A stretch of DNA of 64,000 bases from an uncultured Ruminococcus sp. (GTDB taxonomy: Bacteria > Bacillota > Clostridia > Oscillospirales > Acutalibacteraceae): the NCBI GenBank assembly GCA_902802985.1, contig CADCOE010000045.1, forward strand, positions 7,051-71,050, given 5' to 3'. The notes under the pieces are model-generated. The model saw nothing but the letters and a program-made list of their open reading frames with translations. It was not told the DNA's origin and did no database searches. Shown piece after piece: positions 63,127-64,000 of the stretch. Position 1 is the first letter of the stretch. Each line of letters opens with the position of its first letter. Both the position numbers and the translations under genes were made by a program.

Positions 63127-63672
63127 TTACTCACCGAAATATCTCTTGAGCAGTCCTGCAAAGCCTGCACCGTGGCGTGCTTCGTCCTTTGCCATTTCGT
63201 GAACAGTATCGTGGATGGCATCCAAGTTGAGTGCCTTCGCTTTTTTAGCAAGTTCAAATTTACCTGCACAGGCACCTGCCTCTGCATCCGCACGCATTTG
63301 GAGATTTTTCTTGGTACTGTCTGTCAGCACTTCACCCAAAAGCTCGGCAAATTTAGCTGCATGTTCTGCCTCTTCAAAAGCATACTTTGTGAAGGCAGCT
63401 GCTACTTCGGGATAGCCTTCTCTGTCTGCCACCCTTGCCATTGCGAGATACATACCTACTTCGCAGCATTCCCCATTGAAGTTGGAAACCAGACCGTCAT
63501 AAATTTCTTTATCAACTCCTTTTGCAACACCTACTTCATGAACCGTGGCATATGAAGCAGCTGCTGTCGATTCCTTGAATTTTTCTTTAGGAGCTTTACA
63601 CTGCGGACACTGATCGGGAGCTTCGGCACCCTCATACACATAACCACATACTGTACAGACAAACTTTTTCAT
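63127..63672 (-). CDS. reverse rubrerythrin (N-terminal rubredoxin-like CxxC...CxxC, C-terminal ferritin-like diiron domain)
   Basis: 181 aa with FVCTVCGY...CPQCKAP at the N-terminus, followed by ExxH diiron motifs ([18 protein letters not shown]). Confidence 0.9.
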   Translation of the reverse strand: MKKFVCTVCGYVYEGAEAPDQCPQCKAPKEKFKESTAAASYATVHEVGVAKGVDKEIYDGLVSNFNGECCEVGMYLAMARVADREGYPEVAAAFTKYAFEEAEHAAKFAELLGEVLTDSTKKNLQMRADAEAGACAGKFELAKKAKALNLDAIHDTVHEMAKDEARHGAGFAGLLKRYFGE

Positions 63673-63707
63673 TTTGTAATCCTCCGTTGTTCTTTAGTAT
63701 TATATCA

Positions 63708-63725
63708 AATATCCATTCAGATATT
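63708..63725. promoter_or_regulatory. 6-6-6 palindrome AATATC-N6-GATATT, candidate operator upstream of the rubrerythrin gene
   Basis: A perfect inverted repeat lies immediately upstream of a TATAAT (63699-63704, minus strand). The neighbouring gene encodes a Fur/PerR-family regulator. Confidence 0.3.
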
Positions 63726-63736
63726 GACATCACTGA

Positions 63737-64000
63737 TCATTGGTGCTTACAATCACCACAAATTCCATAAAATAGCATATTATGACTTTGGACGGTAACA
63801 TTACATTGATGATTAATATACTCATATATGTTTTTATCAGCAAAATTTTTTAATTCGGGAACATCAACAATTTTAAAGCATTTTGTACAAACAAAATGCG
63901 AATGCTGTGACATATCGGTATCAAATCGTTCCTGTCCATTAACAACTCCAACAGATTTGATCAAATTCATTTCTCGGAACACAGATATATTACGATAAAC
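63737..64000 (-). CDS. Fur-family (PerR-like) transcriptional regulator, C-terminal part (the gene continues past the right window edge)
   Basis: The frame is open to position 64000 (VYRNISVFREMNLIK...). It has the CxxC pairs HFVCTKCFK and CGDCKH. It is adjacent to the rubrerythrin gene. Confidence 0.8.
   Translation of the reverse strand, partial: VYRNISVFREMNLIKSVGVVNGQERFDTDMSQHSHFVCTKCFKIVDVPELKNFADKNIYEYINHQCNVTVQSHNMLFYGICGDCKHQ

Noticed and set aside
1-64000. Mobile elements, CRISPR arrays, tRNA/rRNA genes, prophage or defence islands
   Set aside because: I recognised no transposase, integrase or recombinase genes, no spaced direct repeats, no tRNA-like cloverleaf regions and no marked compositional island. 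The window reads as core chromosome.

Overview
This is a 64-kb chromosomal segment that looks like a low-GC, strictly anaerobic, spore-forming Firmicute of the Clostridia type. The supporting genes are an alpha/beta-type SASP, RicT/YaaT, anaerobic NrdDG, a trimeric HydABC [FeFe]-hydrogenase, a reverse rubrerythrin and a PerR-like regulator. I call about 60 CDS, mostly on the minus strand and packed into housekeeping operons. In window order they are: nspC (partial); hydCBA; an orphan ThiF/MoeB-like E1; nrdDG with a divergent Crp/Fnr regulator; a SASP; a DtxR-family regulator; a GH13 glucosidase; an alanine:cation symporter; holB-ricT; a tatD/small-protein/secreted-nuclease operon; clpB; a LytTR/DUF3021 pair; rluA-family, flavin reductase, GNAT and NUDIX genes; queD-queE-folE-queC-queF; thiG-thiH-thiE; a three-gene ABC-2 exporter; a HAD/membrane/PH/YitT operon; pepF plus a MacB-type ABC with a giant FtsX permease and a degenerate phosphoglycerate-mutase-like gene; purE-F-M-N-(PurO-like)-H-D; arsC-like/ygiQ/nfeD/SPFH; a cobalamin-riboswitch operon; and trxA, reverse rubrerythrin and perR (partial). 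Three riboswitches can be recognised by eye: preQ1-I upstream of queD, TPP upstream of thiG, and cobalamin at about 62.4 kb. Several near-consensus sigma-A promoters and intrinsic terminators are also visible. I saw no tRNA, rRNA, CRISPR array, transposase, integrase or phage genes. The best candidate for an undescribed system is the cobalamin-riboswitch-gated 7-kb operon at 55.3-62.6 kb. It encodes a cell-wall-anchored protein combining a DUF4430 (transcobalamin beta-domain-like) module with an alpha/alpha-toroid, a second membrane-anchored DUF4430 protein, a small basic protein, EcfT, and an EcfA-EcfA'-membrane fusion. I read this as a putative Gram-positive surface corrinoid-capture and ECF-uptake machine. 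Secondary points of interest are listed under findings. All family assignments come from motif recognition and memory. No database search or folding program was run. The ORF track uses GTG/TTG starts, so I re-set many starts to an ATG or TTG that has a visible Shine-Dalgarno sequence.
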